From NCBI GenBank assembly GCA_965224245.1, contig OZ245046.1, positions 4,352,001 to 4,416,000 of the forward strand: DNA of 64,000 nucleotides. The letters run 5' to 3'. Position numbers and translations under genes: made by a program. Positions 1 to 9,370 of this stretch are shown here, one piece after another. The notes under the pieces are model-generated. The model had not been told where the DNA came from, ran no database searches, and worked only from the letters and a program-made list of their open reading frames with translations. Position 1 is the first letter of the stretch; every line of letters begins with the position of its first letter. Source of the stretch: Candidatus Eiseniibacteriota bacterium. Lineage in GTDB: Bacteria > Eisenbacteria > RBG-16-71-46 > CAZAMP01.

Positions 1-152
1 CCGGGCCGAGGAGGTGCTCATGGCCAGGCACTCTAGCCCAAGGGGGTCGGCTCGGCGACCCCCACGACGCGGATTGGCCACGCATCACGCCTCGACACCG
101 TGGGCCGACCGGTCGTCGGCCCGATTGGAATCCGTCGAGGCGAGCGCCGTTC

Positions 153-3100
153 TCACCAGTGATCCGACCCGCCGCTCGACTTGTCGGGAAACGGCGGCGG
201 GGTCGGCCGCGGTACCGGCGCCTCGGCGATCTTCCCCTCGAGGTAGGCGATCGCGGCGTCGAGCTGGGGATCCCGCCCCTTCATGAGCTCGGCGGGGTCG
301 TCCTCGACGATCATGTCGGGCTCGACGCCGACGCCCTCGATGATCCACTCGCCCTCCGGTATCCACGCCGCGTAGTTCGGTATGTACACCGCGCCACCGT
401 CCACCAGGCGGTAGCCGCCGCCGCTTCCCACCTCACCTCCCCAGGTCCGCGTTCCGATCAACGGACCGATCCCGCGTCGCTGGAAGGCGTCGCTGAACTC
501 CTCGGCGTTGGACCCGCTCTGGTCGTTGCAGAGCGCGGCCGCGTGCCCGGTGAACGCCCAGTCCTGCCGGCTCCAGGACGCGCCGTAGCGCGGCTTGAAG
601 TACGAGTACCGGGGCGAGGACATCTGGAGGATGAGCATGGCGTGGATGTAGCCGCCGCCGTTGAACCGGACGTCGTAGATCAGACCGTCTCGGTCGAGAC
701 TCGCGTAGTAGTGCTTGCCGAACTCCTGAAAGCCGCGGCCGCTCATGTTCGGGATGTGCACGTAGCCGAGGTCGGGGCCTCCGTGCTCGAGCACGTACCG
801 CCGCCGTCCCTCCACCCAGTCGAAGTAGCGTGCGCGTCGCTCGCTCCGCATCGGCTCGACGAACACCTCGCGCGCTCCGTCGAACGACGCGCGATCGTTC
901 ACCGTCAACGTGACGGCCCGGCCCGCCGTTCCGACCAGGAGCGCCTGGAGCTCCTGGTCCGCGCGCACGGGAGCGCCACTCACCGCGACGATCACGTCCC
1001 CGACCGACACCTCGACTCCCGGGGTCAACAGCGGCGACCGAGCATCGAGATCGAAGCCGTCGCCGGCCAGGATCCGCGTGATCCGGTACCCCGGCACGTC
1101 GTCGTTGACCGGCTCCACGTCGATCCCGAGGTAGCCCATCGGAATCAGGGGCGCGCGCTGCTCGTCGCCGCCGACGATGTACGCGTGGCCGCAGTTCAGC
1201 TCGGCGACCATCTCGCGCTGGAGGAAGCTGAGATCGCTCCGCACCGCGACCGCCTCCAGCAGCGGCTCGTACTTGTCCCGGACCGCCGGCCAGTCGACGC
1301 CGTGCATGCCGGGGTCGTAGAAGAAGTCGCGCGCGACCCGCCAGGTCTCGGCGAACATCTGCCGCCACTCGGCGACCGGATCGATCGTGAGCGTCCAGCC
1401 GTCCGTCTCGACCTGGCCGTCGTCCTCGGGCATCTCGCCGGCGCCGGCATCCAGCAGCGTGAAGCGCTTCCCACGCCGGACGAGGAGCTTCTTCCGGTCC
1501 GCGGAGAGGTCGAACTCGTCGAGCGCCTCCACGAGCACCTTCGCCTTCTTCTCCTCGAGATCGAAGGTGTGGAGCCGGCGGGGTCCGGACATCTCTCCGT
1601 CGTCCCCCTCGGCGCCCTCGTACGTCTCCAGGAGCAGCTTCTTCTCGATGGGAACCACGCGCGTGTACCGATCGGCGGGAACCGGGACCTCGACGACACG
1701 GGTTGCGATCCCGTCCACGTCGACGGTCATGTCGGGCAGCTCCCGCTCGTCGTCGTTGTCATCCTCGTCGTCGTTGTCGTCCTCGTCGTCCTCGTTGCTC
1801 GCATCGTCGTCGGTCGCGCCCTCGCGGTCGTTCTCGTCGAGGAATGGAGACCGCGTCTCGGCGGCGAGCGTGACCAGCGTGACCTTCGTCATCTTCTGGT
1901 CGTAGGTGAAGTACCGGTTGATCGGCGAGTAACGCGGGTCGAGCTCGCGATCGGCCAGGAAGTACAGGAGCTCGCCGTCGGGATCGAACGCCGGCGCGTA
2001 GCACGACATCGCGGGATCGGTGATCCGCGTGGTCTCGCCGGTCGCGATCTCGTACAGGTGGACGCTCCAGGCCCATCTCGGCTCCAGATGCGTGAAGGCG
2101 ACCCACTTGCCGTCGGGGCTGAACGCGTACTGGCTCAGCACGATGTCGTACGATCCCCCGCGATCGGACTGGTCCACCACGGTCATGGCCCCGGAGGCCA
2201 CGTCGACGAGCAACGTGCGCATCTCGCGATCGCTGGTCAGGAGCCGCTCGCCGTCGGGTGACCAGACGATCGGGCCCAGGGGGCCGGTGTGGCCGGACGT
2301 CACCTGTCGAGCCTCGCCGCCCGAGGCGGGCACGATCCAGATCTCCTCCTCACCCGAGACGTCGGACACGTACGCGACCTCGGCTCCGTCGGGAGACCAC
2401 TCGGGGTACTGGCACCGGGCCGCGGCATCCGCCGCGACGACCCGCACGTCGCCGTGCTCGGCCGGCGCGCTCAGGATCTGTCCCCTCGCCGAGACGAGGA
2501 TCCGCTTGCCGGTGGGACCCAGCTCGAAGCCGAAGAGCTGATCGTGCGCCGAGACGCGGCGCTCCCGCGCGTGAATCCGGTCGGAGCGAAGATCCAGGTG
2601 GATCGAGCGCGTCTGGCCGGTGGCCACGTCGTAGAGTCCGATGCCGTCGCCGTACTCGTACACGACGACCCGTCCGTCCGACTGCGGGTAGCGCACCTCG
2701 AAGTCGGTGTAGGACGTGGCCGGCGTCACGTCGCCCGAGCCGGGATCCAGCGCGTGGAGGTTGGCCACGCCGTCGCGCTCGGACACGAAGTAGATCACGT
2801 CCCCGGCCCAGACCGGCTGGGTGTCCACGCCGAGATCGTCGGTCAGGCGCCGGAAGTCGGGCACCGCGTCCGCGTCGGGTGAGGGTGTCGCGAGCCACAC
2901 GTCGTCGGCGAATCCGCCCCGGTAGCGCTTCCAGTTCTGCCACTCGCCGCTGATCGGCACGTACGCGATCCGTCCATCCGGGTGCAGCGTGGCGAACTCG
3001 CCGTACGGGACCGGCAGGCGGGTCGCGGCGCCGCCCGCGAGGGGAACCTGCCAGATGCGTGTGCGCATGGTCGTCCCGCGACGCGATCGGAACACGACGT

Positions 3101-3503
3101 GCGTCCCGTCGGGGCTCCAGCCGAGCACGGTCACGCCACGGGGATCCCAGGTCAGGCGTCGCGGCACGCCGCCGGCGACGTCCATCACGTAGACCTCGCG
3201 AGCCCCGTCATAGCTCGCGGCGAACGCCAGCGTTCGCCCGTCCGGGGAGAAGAACGCCGGCCCCTCCGATCCCTCGTCGGACGTGATCCGCATCGCGGTG
3301 CCGCGCTCGATCGAGCCGAGCCACAGATCACCTTCGCTGGTGAAGACGATCTGATCTCCCGAGACGTCGGGACGGCGGAGAAACTGAGCGGCGGCCCCGG
3401 CCGGTGACGCGGTCGCGAGCGCCAGGGTCAACCCGCCGCCGAGACACGCCACGACGAGCCGACGGGAAAGGCGACGGAAAGGGGAGTGGACACGCGAGCG
3501 CAC
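153..3503 (-). CDS. Tricorn-like S41 family protease (beta-propellers + PDZ + S41 catalytic domain), exported
   Basis: Signal peptide, then FLRRPDVSGDQIVFTSEGDLW, PD40-like repeats (FSPDG/WSPDG), PDZ-like segment, GYVHIPNM, DVRFNGGG, catalytic-region SGSNAEEF, GTRTWGG, IEGVGVEPD. Start moved to GTG 3503 behind AGGAGG. Confidence 0.93.
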   Translation of the reverse strand: MRSRVHSPFRRLSRRLVVACLGGGLTLALATASPAGAAAQFLRRPDVSGDQIVFTSEGDLWLGSIERGTAMRITSDEGSEGPAFFSPDGRTLAFAASYDGAREVYVMDVAGGVPRRLTWDPRGVTVLGWSPDGTHVVFRSRRGTTMRTRIWQVPLAGGAATRLPVPYGEFATLHPDGRIAYVPISGEWQNWKRYRGGFADDVWLATPSPDADAVPDFRRLTDDLGVDTQPVWAGDVIYFVSERDGVANLHALDPGSGDVTPATSYTDFEVRYPQSDGRVVVYEYGDGIGLYDVATGQTRSIHLDLRSDRIHARERRVSAHDQLFGFELGPTGKRILVSARGQILSAPAEHGDVRVVAADAAARCQYPEWSPDGAEVAYVSDVSGEEEIWIVPASGGEARQVTSGHTGPLGPIVWSPDGERLLTSDREMRTLLVDVASGAMTVVDQSDRGGSYDIVLSQYAFSPDGKWVAFTHLEPRWAWSVHLYEIATGETTRITDPAMSCYAPAFDPDGELLYFLADRELDPRYSPINRYFTYDQKMTKVTLVTLAAETRSPFLDENDREGATDDDASNEDDEDDNDDEDDNDDERELPDMTVDVDGIATRVVEVPVPADRYTRVVPIEKKLLLETYEGAEGDDGEMSGPRRLHTFDLEEKKAKVLVEALDEFDLSADRKKLLVRRGKRFTLLDAGAGEMPEDDGQVETDGWTLTIDPVAEWRQMFAETWRVARDFFYDPGMHGVDWPAVRDKYEPLLEAVAVRSDLSFLQREMVAELNCGHAYIVGGDEQRAPLIPMGYLGIDVEPVNDDVPGYRITRILAGDGFDLDARSPLLTPGVEVSVGDVIVAVSGAPVRADQELQALLVGTAGRAVTLTVNDRASFDGAREVFVEPMRSERRARYFDWVEGRRRYVLEHGGPDLGYVHIPNMSGRGFQEFGKHYYASLDRDGLIYDVRFNGGGYIHAMLILQMSSPRYSYFKPRYGASWSRQDWAFTGHAAALCNDQSGSNAEEFSDAFQRRGIGPLIGTRTWGGEVGSGGGYRLVDGGAVYIPNYAAWIPEGEWIIEGVGVEPDMIVEDDPAELMKGRDPQLDAAIAYLEGKIAEAPVPRPTPPPFPDKSSGGSDHW
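1747..1782. repeat. Two near-identical 18-bp tandem units encoding an acidic linker (DDEDDNDDEDDNDDE) inside the tricorn gene
   Basis: tcgtcgtcgttgtcatcc followed by tcgtcgtcgttgtcgtcc. Confidence 0.7.
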
Positions 3504-3669
3504 GCGGCACCTCCTGAATCGATGGAGACGAGAAGCGAACGCGTGACGATACCACGCCGCACGGGTCTCGGGATCGGAACTCTGAACGGCTGGATACAAG
3601 ACCGCCCGCTCGTGGCCGGGTGCCTCGGCGGGCGGGTCGGGATCCGACCTCCCGGCGGAGTCCGCCGGC

Positions 3670-4413
3670 CTATTCCGTGACCACCGCCTCGGAGCGACCG
3701 ACCTCGTCTCCCGGTGCGCTCCGCCAGTCGGTCAGGAACAGCTCCGCGGCCAGCGCGTGCCAGCGATCGCCGCCGATGTGGCGCCCGAAGCCGTAGATCG
3801 GCAGCCCGCCGTCCTGCATCACGACGCCGAGCTCCCGGCCCATCAACCCGCTGATCCGGTCCGACGTCTCCTTCATCCACGAGCGCGCCAGAGAGTACGG
3901 CAGCAGGTTCTTCAGCGAGCGCTCGGCCTCGCGCGGGCGCACCTCGAGCAGCCAGCCCTTCCCGTACGGATCGGCGCTGGCGGTCTGGGGTGCCTCGGCC
4001 GCGTCGTCGTTGATTCCCACGACGACGCCGTCCACCGGCGACAGCATGTCGATGACGTGGCCGTCCACCCGGAGATGGAAGCCCGGCTTTCCCTGTTCGA
4101 GCACGGTCCCCTCGGCCGGGAGCATGACCGCGCTCGGGCTTCCCAGGAAGTGATACGCGAAGTCGTCCACCCCCACGCGTACGGTGTCGGCCTCGTCCGG
4201 TCGCGCCCAGGTGTGCCCCCGGTGATAGAAGAATCCCTCGGGAAGCCGGAACCACTCGACCGGAGCCGAGTCGGCCGCCCCGGCGACCGCGCCCCGGACC
4301 CGCGCCGGCGACGCCGACCAGATCCGCGCCGCGAGACGTGTCAAGGGAACGAGCAGCGCCAGGTACCCGATGGCCAGGATGTACTCGATGCCCTTGGTCG
4401 GCATGAAATCCAT
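3670..4413 (-). CDS. GcvH-like (lipoyl-domain fold) protein with N-terminal membrane anchor, lacking the lipoyl lysine
   Basis: YHRGHTWAR..VRVGVDDFA..LSPVDGVVVGIN..DPYGKGWLLEV. The position of the canonical ESVK reads RVDGH. N-terminal hydrophobic helix; C-terminal MQDGG motif. Confidence 0.85.
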   Translation of the reverse strand: MDFMPTKGIEYILAIGYLALLVPLTRLAARIWSASPARVRGAVAGAADSAPVEWFRLPEGFFYHRGHTWARPDEADTVRVGVDDFAYHFLGSPSAVMLPAEGTVLEQGKPGFHLRVDGHVIDMLSPVDGVVVGINDDAAEAPQTASADPYGKGWLLEVRPREAERSLKNLLPYSLARSWMKETSDRISGLMGRELGVVMQDGGLPIYGFGRHIGGDRWHALAAELFLTDWRSAPGDEVGRSEAVVTE

Positions 4414-4427
4414 GACTCACTCCCCCT

Positions 4428-5690
4428 TCACGCCACCGACGACTGGATCCGGGGCGTCGAGGCATCCCGGGAAGTCCGGGACTCGGTCGACGCGCCGAGT
4501 ACGGCCATGCGATTGATCACCCACCGGAACACCCAGATCTCGGCGCTGACGACACCCATCACCACGACGATCTCCATCCAGGTGGGGACGTAGTGGTGCA
4601 CGGCGTCGTAGCGGAACGCGATCACCGACACGTTCAGGCGATTCAGGACCACGCCGGCCAGCGTCAGGACGGACGCGACCCGGATGACCTTCTGCCGCCG
4701 CGTCGCCGCTCCGTACGCGAACAGCACCATCGGCACCGCAACCAGACCCAGGATCTCGAGCGTCCACCAGCCCGCGTAGAACCCCGAGAGATCACGCCAG
4801 TGCTGTCCGTGCAGGAAGTTGAGCGCCAGCAGGAACAGATACGCGAACATCGCACCGGCGCAGATTCGCGCCAGCCCGACGACGATGTCGCGATGGGCCG
4901 AGATCAGCTTCAGGCTCATCCGGTGAAAGAACGCTCGGTGGGTCAGCGTGCCCTCGAGGATCACCATCGAGAGACCGGCGAACACGCTCGAGACCACGAA
5001 CAGCACGGGCAGGAACTCCGAGTACCAGAGCGGATGGAGCTTCTGCTTCGCCATCAGATAGAGGGCGCCCAGGCCGGACTGGTGCAGGAGCGACAGCGTG
5101 ATCCCGAGGATCACGGCGCCCACCGTCATCCGGGCCAGGACCCGGCGTGCGCGCTCGGCGCCGAACCACTCGGCGATCGCGGGCGAGAACTCCACCAGCT
5201 CGGCCAGCATGTACAGAAGGAAGTGCCATGCGACCAGGAACAGGACCGACGTCATCCCGAACGAGTTTCCGATGATCGGGTTGACGACGTGCCACGGCCG
5301 GCCGAGGTCCAGAACGAGCGCTCCGGCATAGAACACGTACGCCAGGAAGCCGTTCAGCACCGTGACCCGGACGATCGGCTTGTACGCCTCGAGGCGCAGG
5401 ATGTAGACGAGGAACGTCACCATGTACGCGCCACCGGCCAGCGCCACGCCGGCCATGACGTCGAAACCGATCCAGAGGCCCCACGGAACGTCCTGGGACA
5501 GGTTCGTCACCGCCCCCAGACCGTAGGCGAAGCGGATCGCGATGATCACCGCCGCCGCGAGCATGAGGACGGCGGTGATCAGATTGAACGGCGTCAGCAC
5601 ACGCCCCTTCGGACGCAGCTCTCGTCTCAGGAACGCACGTGTTCCCAGACGCTGACGCGGATGAACGGGCATCGGCACGACGGCGCTCAT
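4428..5690 (-). CDS. NrfD/PsrC family membrane subunit (HybB/HmcC-like)
   Basis: GLGAVTNLSQDVPWGLWIGFDVMAGVALAGGAY, LDLGRPW, LHQSGLG, LHPLW, LNRLNV, YVPTWMEI; about 10 TM helices. Start set at MSAVVP. Confidence 0.9.
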   Translation of the reverse strand: MSAVVPMPVHPRQRLGTRAFLRRELRPKGRVLTPFNLITAVLMLAAAVIIAIRFAYGLGAVTNLSQDVPWGLWIGFDVMAGVALAGGAYMVTFLVYILRLEAYKPIVRVTVLNGFLAYVFYAGALVLDLGRPWHVVNPIIGNSFGMTSVLFLVAWHFLLYMLAELVEFSPAIAEWFGAERARRVLARMTVGAVILGITLSLLHQSGLGALYLMAKQKLHPLWYSEFLPVLFVVSSVFAGLSMVILEGTLTHRAFFHRMSLKLISAHRDIVVGLARICAGAMFAYLFLLALNFLHGQHWRDLSGFYAGWWTLEILGLVAVPMVLFAYGAATRRQKVIRVASVLTLAGVVLNRLNVSVIAFRYDAVHHYVPTWMEIVVVMGVVSAEIWVFRWVINRMAVLGASTESRTSRDASTPRIQSSVA

Positions 5691-5691
5691 G

Positions 5692-6606
5692 TCAGGCCTC
5701 CCCCGAGGGATCGGTCCACTCGGTCGTCGAGTTCGTTCCGCCGGACGCGCTCGCGTGCGAGTCGCTCGCGACCCGCGATCCGGTCGCACCGCGCAGTCCC
5801 AGGAGCGCCATCGGCACCAGTCCGATCACCACGGGCACCGCCGTGAGGAAGTCCCGCGTCAGCTCCGGGTAGGACGTGTCGTCGAGATCCGTGGGGAAGC
5901 CGAGCTCCGCGAAGTCCACCTTCGAGATGTAGAGCCAGCCGGTTCCCCCGGCCTCGTGCTCACCGTAGATGTGCGGGACGTACTCGTCGTCCTCGGCCAG
6001 CCGTGCGCGCGCGATCCGGAGCAGCCCGGACCGGCGACCGAAGGTCAGCGCCTCGGCCGGGCACTCCTCCACACAGGCCGGCTGCTCCCCCTCCTTCAAG
6101 CGTTCCCAGCACATCGTGCACTTCTCGATCCGGGGGTTCCGGCTGTGGTACTCGAACTTCGGCACGTCGAACGGGCACGAGATCATGCAGTAGCGGCACC
6201 CCATGCACTTGTCGCCGTTCCACACCACCGGTCCGTCCGGTGTCCTGGACAGCGCCTTGGTCAGGCAGCCGGCCGCGCAAGCGGGCTGGAGACAGTGCAT
6301 GCACTGACGCCGGACGTAGACGTCACCCTTGCTCGTCTGGAACCGGGAGACCGCCACCCGTCGCCGGTCGCTGGTCGTGCGGAATCCCACCTCGTCGAGG
6401 TCGACGTCCTCCGGCTCGGGGAGGCCGTTGGCCTCGGCGCAGGCGTACTCGCAGCTCCGGCAACCCTCGCAGAGGCTGAGATCCACGAGGACACCCCAGC
6501 CGTCGACGTCGACTCCATCATCCGCGCTCGCTCGTGACGCCCCCGGGCGGGCAATGGACGCGCTGCCCATCACCGCGAGCGTCTGAAGAAAGCTACGCCG
6601 CTTCAT
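5692..6606 (-). CDS. Tat-exported 4x[4Fe-4S] ferredoxin subunit (HybA/HmcB-like) with C-terminal TM
   Basis: MKRRSFL twin-arginine signal; CEGCRSCEYAC, CMHCLQPACAAGC, CMGCRYCMISCP, CTMC..PACVEECP; YGEHEAGGT. Confidence 0.92.
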   Translation of the reverse strand: MKRRSFLQTLAVMGSASIARPGASRASADDGVDVDGWGVLVDLSLCEGCRSCEYACAEANGLPEPEDVDLDEVGFRTTSDRRRVAVSRFQTSKGDVYVRRQCMHCLQPACAAGCLTKALSRTPDGPVVWNGDKCMGCRYCMISCPFDVPKFEYHSRNPRIEKCTMCWERLKEGEQPACVEECPAEALTFGRRSGLLRIARARLAEDDEYVPHIYGEHEAGGTGWLYISKVDFAELGFPTDLDDTSYPELTRDFLTAVPVVIGLVPMALLGLRGATGSRVASDSHASASGGTNSTTEWTDPSGEA

Positions 6607-7369
6607 GCTCACCCCCAAAGAAGCTCGTGCGTACGTGCTCCCACTGGGCGTCTCCGATCAGTCGGTGCAGCTCGTCCACGAGCGCACCGCCGTCGGCGAC
6701 GACCGGCGAGTGCTCGTCCCCCGAGAGGACGGCGATGAGACGATCGACCTCTCCCTTGAACCAGTCCCGCGCGCGGCGACCCAGGAGGAGATCGCAGCGC
6801 GGCTCGCTCGCGTCGTCGCACGCGACCCGGAGGGCCCAGCCTCTCGCGTAGGGATCCCGGTTGACCAGTCCGGCGTCGGACCGGAGCGCGTCGTTCACGA
6901 ACTCCACGCGCCCGGAGATCGGTGATGTCAGCTCGATCCAGCGAGATCGGGCACGGAGACGGATCGCGGGCTTTCCGCGCTCGACGCGATCCCCGGGAAC
7001 GGGGAGCTCGATGCCGTGGAGCGGCCCCAGGAGACGCGGTGCCAGATCGTCGGATCCCACGATCGCGGTGCCGGGCAGGAACCGGACCCAGGCGTGTCCG
7101 CGATCGAGCGCCACGTCGGTCCCCAGACGAAGTCCCTTGTGGAGGATCTCCGCGGCCGACATCGCACCGAAGCGCTCGCGGAAACCCGGGCTCACGGCGT
7201 ACGCGACCGCCACCGCCACCAATGCACTGGCGAACGCGACCAGGAGCGCGACGCGGACTGCCACGACGAGAAACGCGAGCAGCGGTAGGGCGAGCAGCAC
7301 GAGAACCGCCCCGGTGATCACGACCGTCGTGAGGATCGCGTGCCGGCTTCGGCTGCTAGTGCGTGACAT
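6593..7369 (-). CDS. Second GcvH-like protein with N-terminal TM hairpin, lacking the lipoyl lysine
   Basis: DRGHAWVR..IVGSDDLA..LTSPISGRVEFVN..DPYARGWALRV. The lipoyl loop reads RARSRW. C-terminal VADGG motif; GGGAGG RBS before ATG 7369. Confidence 0.82.
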   Translation of the reverse strand: MSRTSSRSRHAILTTVVITGAVLVLLALPLLAFLVVAVRVALLVAFASALVAVAVAYAVSPGFRERFGAMSAAEILHKGLRLGTDVALDRGHAWVRFLPGTAIVGSDDLAPRLLGPLHGIELPVPGDRVERGKPAIRLRARSRWIELTSPISGRVEFVNDALRSDAGLVNRDPYARGWALRVACDDASEPRCDLLLGRRARDWFKGEVDRLIAVLSGDEHSPVVADGGALVDELHRLIGDAQWEHVRTSFFGGEHEAA

Positions 7370-7417
7370 GACGCCTCCCTTCCCCCGCATGTCGGGGAAC
7401 GACCGCCCTCACCTCTT

Positions 7418-7434
7418 CGCATGTGGCGCGCCAG
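7418..7434 (-). promoter_or_regulatory. Putative sigma54 (-24/-12) promoter for the GcvH-like/HybAB-like operon
   Basis: Minus strand CTGGCGCGCCACATGCG is GG-N10-GC, about 50 nt upstream of the first start codon. A sigma54 activator gene lies nearby. Confidence 0.7.
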
Positions 7435-7543
7435 TCCGCCCGGGAGAGCCCCACGGATCGTGCAACCGGCCATCACGCGAACGCTTGCGTTCGATCGTCC
7501 GGAGATCGGGGAGGACGCCCGCTGGCGGGAGGCGGCCCCGGGC

Positions 7544-7579
7544 GTCGAGAATCTCGACACCGGTGTGGAGGATCTCCAC
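7544..7579. promoter_or_regulatory. Tandem palindromic upstream activator sites (putative bEBP binding)
   Basis: GTCGAGAATCTCGAC (7544-7558) and GTGGAGGATCTCCAC (7565-7579), centres 21 bp apart, 110-145 bp upstream of the -24 box. Confidence 0.7.
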
Positions 7580-7687
7580 GACCACGCGGTGGCGCGGCGT
7601 CGGGGCTCGGGATTCCCCTATACCCGCGTTTGCCGGAAAGGTCTTTCCTGAACGCGGGGTGTGCCTTCTCGAGTCGGCGAGGATGTC

Positions 7688-9370
7688 ATGCGATCTCCCA
7701 TCGGCGTCCGGGCCTCGCGGCTGGGTGCCCGGCTGTTTCTGCCTCTGGTCGCGATCGTGGCCGTCACGTTCGCGATGCACGCAGTGGTGAACTACCGGAC
7801 CTCGCGCAACGAGCTTCTCGGCTTCCTCCGATCGAACGCCGATCAGTCGAGCGATCTGATCCGGCGCGCCACCCACGACGGAATGCTCCTGAACCGGCTG
7901 GACGACGTGCAGGACACGATCACGCGCATCGTCGAGGGTCCGGGCATGGCGGCCATCCGCGTATACGACAAGGCCGGCGCCGTCGTCCTGTCGGCCCATC
8001 GGGACGAGATCGGCCAGCGGGCACCGATCACGTCGGACACGTGCGAGAGCTGTCACCAGCCCAATCACACGACCGAGGTCGGGCGCCTCGAGCGAAGCGG
8101 TCTGGCGCGGCTCTCGCGAGGCGAGGAGGTACTTCGCCACCTGTCGGTGATCCCGAACGAGCCCGCCTGTGCCGCCCCGGGCTGTCACGCGTCGCCCGAC
8201 GAGGCGCCGATCCTCGGCGTCCTCGACATCGAGATGTCGATGCAGCCGGTAGAGTCCACTTTGCGCGCGGCGCAGGCCCGGATCGCCCTGACCACGTTCG
8301 CGCTGATCGTGCTGATCGGATGGGCGTGCTGGGTGTTCATCGACCGGTTCGTGCATCGACCGGTCGCGGCGCTCACCGAGGGCACGCGACGGATCGCGAG
8401 CGGCGACCTCGAGACGCGGATCCGCGTGGAGGGCGGCCACGAGTTCGCCGACCTCGCGGGGTCCTTCAACGCGATGTCCGAGGATCTCCTGGCCGCCAAG
8501 CGCGAGCTCGAGACGTGGTCGCGCACGCTGGAGGAGAAGGTGCTGGACAAGTCGGCCGAGCTCCAGCGCGCGCACCGTCAGGTGCTCCACATGGAGAAGA
8601 TGGCGTCGCTCGGCAAGCTGTCGGCCACGGTGGCTCACGAGCTCAACAACCCGATCACGGGGATGGTGAACTACACGCGTCTGATCGAGCGCGAGCTCGG
8701 ACGGCAGCCGCTGGCGATGACCACGAAGGACGAGCTACTGCGCTACCTCGGTTTTCTCCACCGCGAGTGCCTCCGGTGCGGGAAGATCGTGTCGAACCTG
8801 TTGCTCTTCGCCAGGCGAACCGGCACCGAGATGGCCCCGGTGGATCTCCGCGTCGTGCTGGACCAGAGCCTGATGCTGATCGATCACCATCTGCACGTCA
8901 GCGGCGTCCAGCTGGAGAAGAAGCTGCCCGACCGCGACCTCACGGTCATCGCCGACGCGGGAGAGCTCCAGCAGGCGCTCGTGGCCTTGTTGATCAACGC
9001 GGTGGAGTCGATGGCGGGTCCGGACGCGGTCGACGAGCGGCTGACCGTCGAGGTCGTGGTCGAGGACGACGCGGTGCGAGTGGACATCCGCGACACCGGG
9101 GCCGGGATCGCCGCCGACGTGCTGCCGCACATCTTCGAGCCCTTCTACTCGACGAAGGACGAGGAGGGCGGCGTCGGGCTCGGGCTGGCGGTGGTCTACG
9201 GGATCGTCCAGCGTCACGGAGGCCGCATCGACGTCGAGTCGGAGACGGGGAGCGGCACCACGTTCCACCTGTGGATCCCGAGGGGCATCGAGTCGTTCGA
9301 ACCGCGGCCGGGGCCCGACGACCGGCTGTCGGTGGTGGGTGGACCTCGCCGGGGAGGAGCGACGTCATGA
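7688..9370 (+). CDS. Sensor histidine kinase with periplasmic heme-c-type motifs, HAMP, HisKA, HATPase
   Basis: Two TMs flank a domain with CESCH and CAAPGCH; H-box VAHELNNP; INAVES, DTGAGI, FEPFYSTK, GVGLGL. Confidence 0.93.
   Translation: MRSPIGVRASRLGARLFLPLVAIVAVTFAMHAVVNYRTSRNELLGFLRSNADQSSDLIRRATHDGMLLNRLDDVQDTITRIVEGPGMAAIRVYDKAGAVVLSAHRDEIGQRAPITSDTCESCHQPNHTTEVGRLERSGLARLSRGEEVLRHLSVIPNEPACAAPGCHASPDEAPILGVLDIEMSMQPVESTLRAAQARIALTTFALIVLIGWACWVFIDRFVHRPVAALTEGTRRIASGDLETRIRVEGGHEFADLAGSFNAMSEDLLAAKRELETWSRTLEEKVLDKSAELQRAHRQVLHMEKMASLGKLSATVAHELNNPITGMVNYTRLIERELGRQPLAMTTKDELLRYLGFLHRECLRCGKIVSNLLLFARRTGTEMAPVDLRVVLDQSLMLIDHHLHVSGVQLEKKLPDRDLTVIADAGELQQALVALLINAVESMAGPDAVDERLTVEVVVEDDAVRVDIRDTGAGIAADVLPHIFEPFYSTKDEEGGVGLGLAVVYGIVQRHGGRIDVESETGSGTTFHLWIPRGIESFEPRPGPDDRLSVVGGPRRGGATS

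Noticed and set aside
1741-1830. Repeat-like tcg-rich tract as possible CRISPR or VNTR element
   Set aside because: It is an in-frame acidic linker of the tricorn protease with no spacers.
3670-7369. Glycine cleavage system or hydrogenase-2 operon
   Set aside because: No GcvP/T/L, no lipoyl Lys, and no NiFe large/small subunit or maturation genes in the window.
7423-9366. Apparent 1103-aa protein fusing a long N-terminus to the NtrC regulator
   Set aside because: The extension is an Arg/Gly-rich alternative frame over the kinase gene; the regulator starts at ATG 9367.
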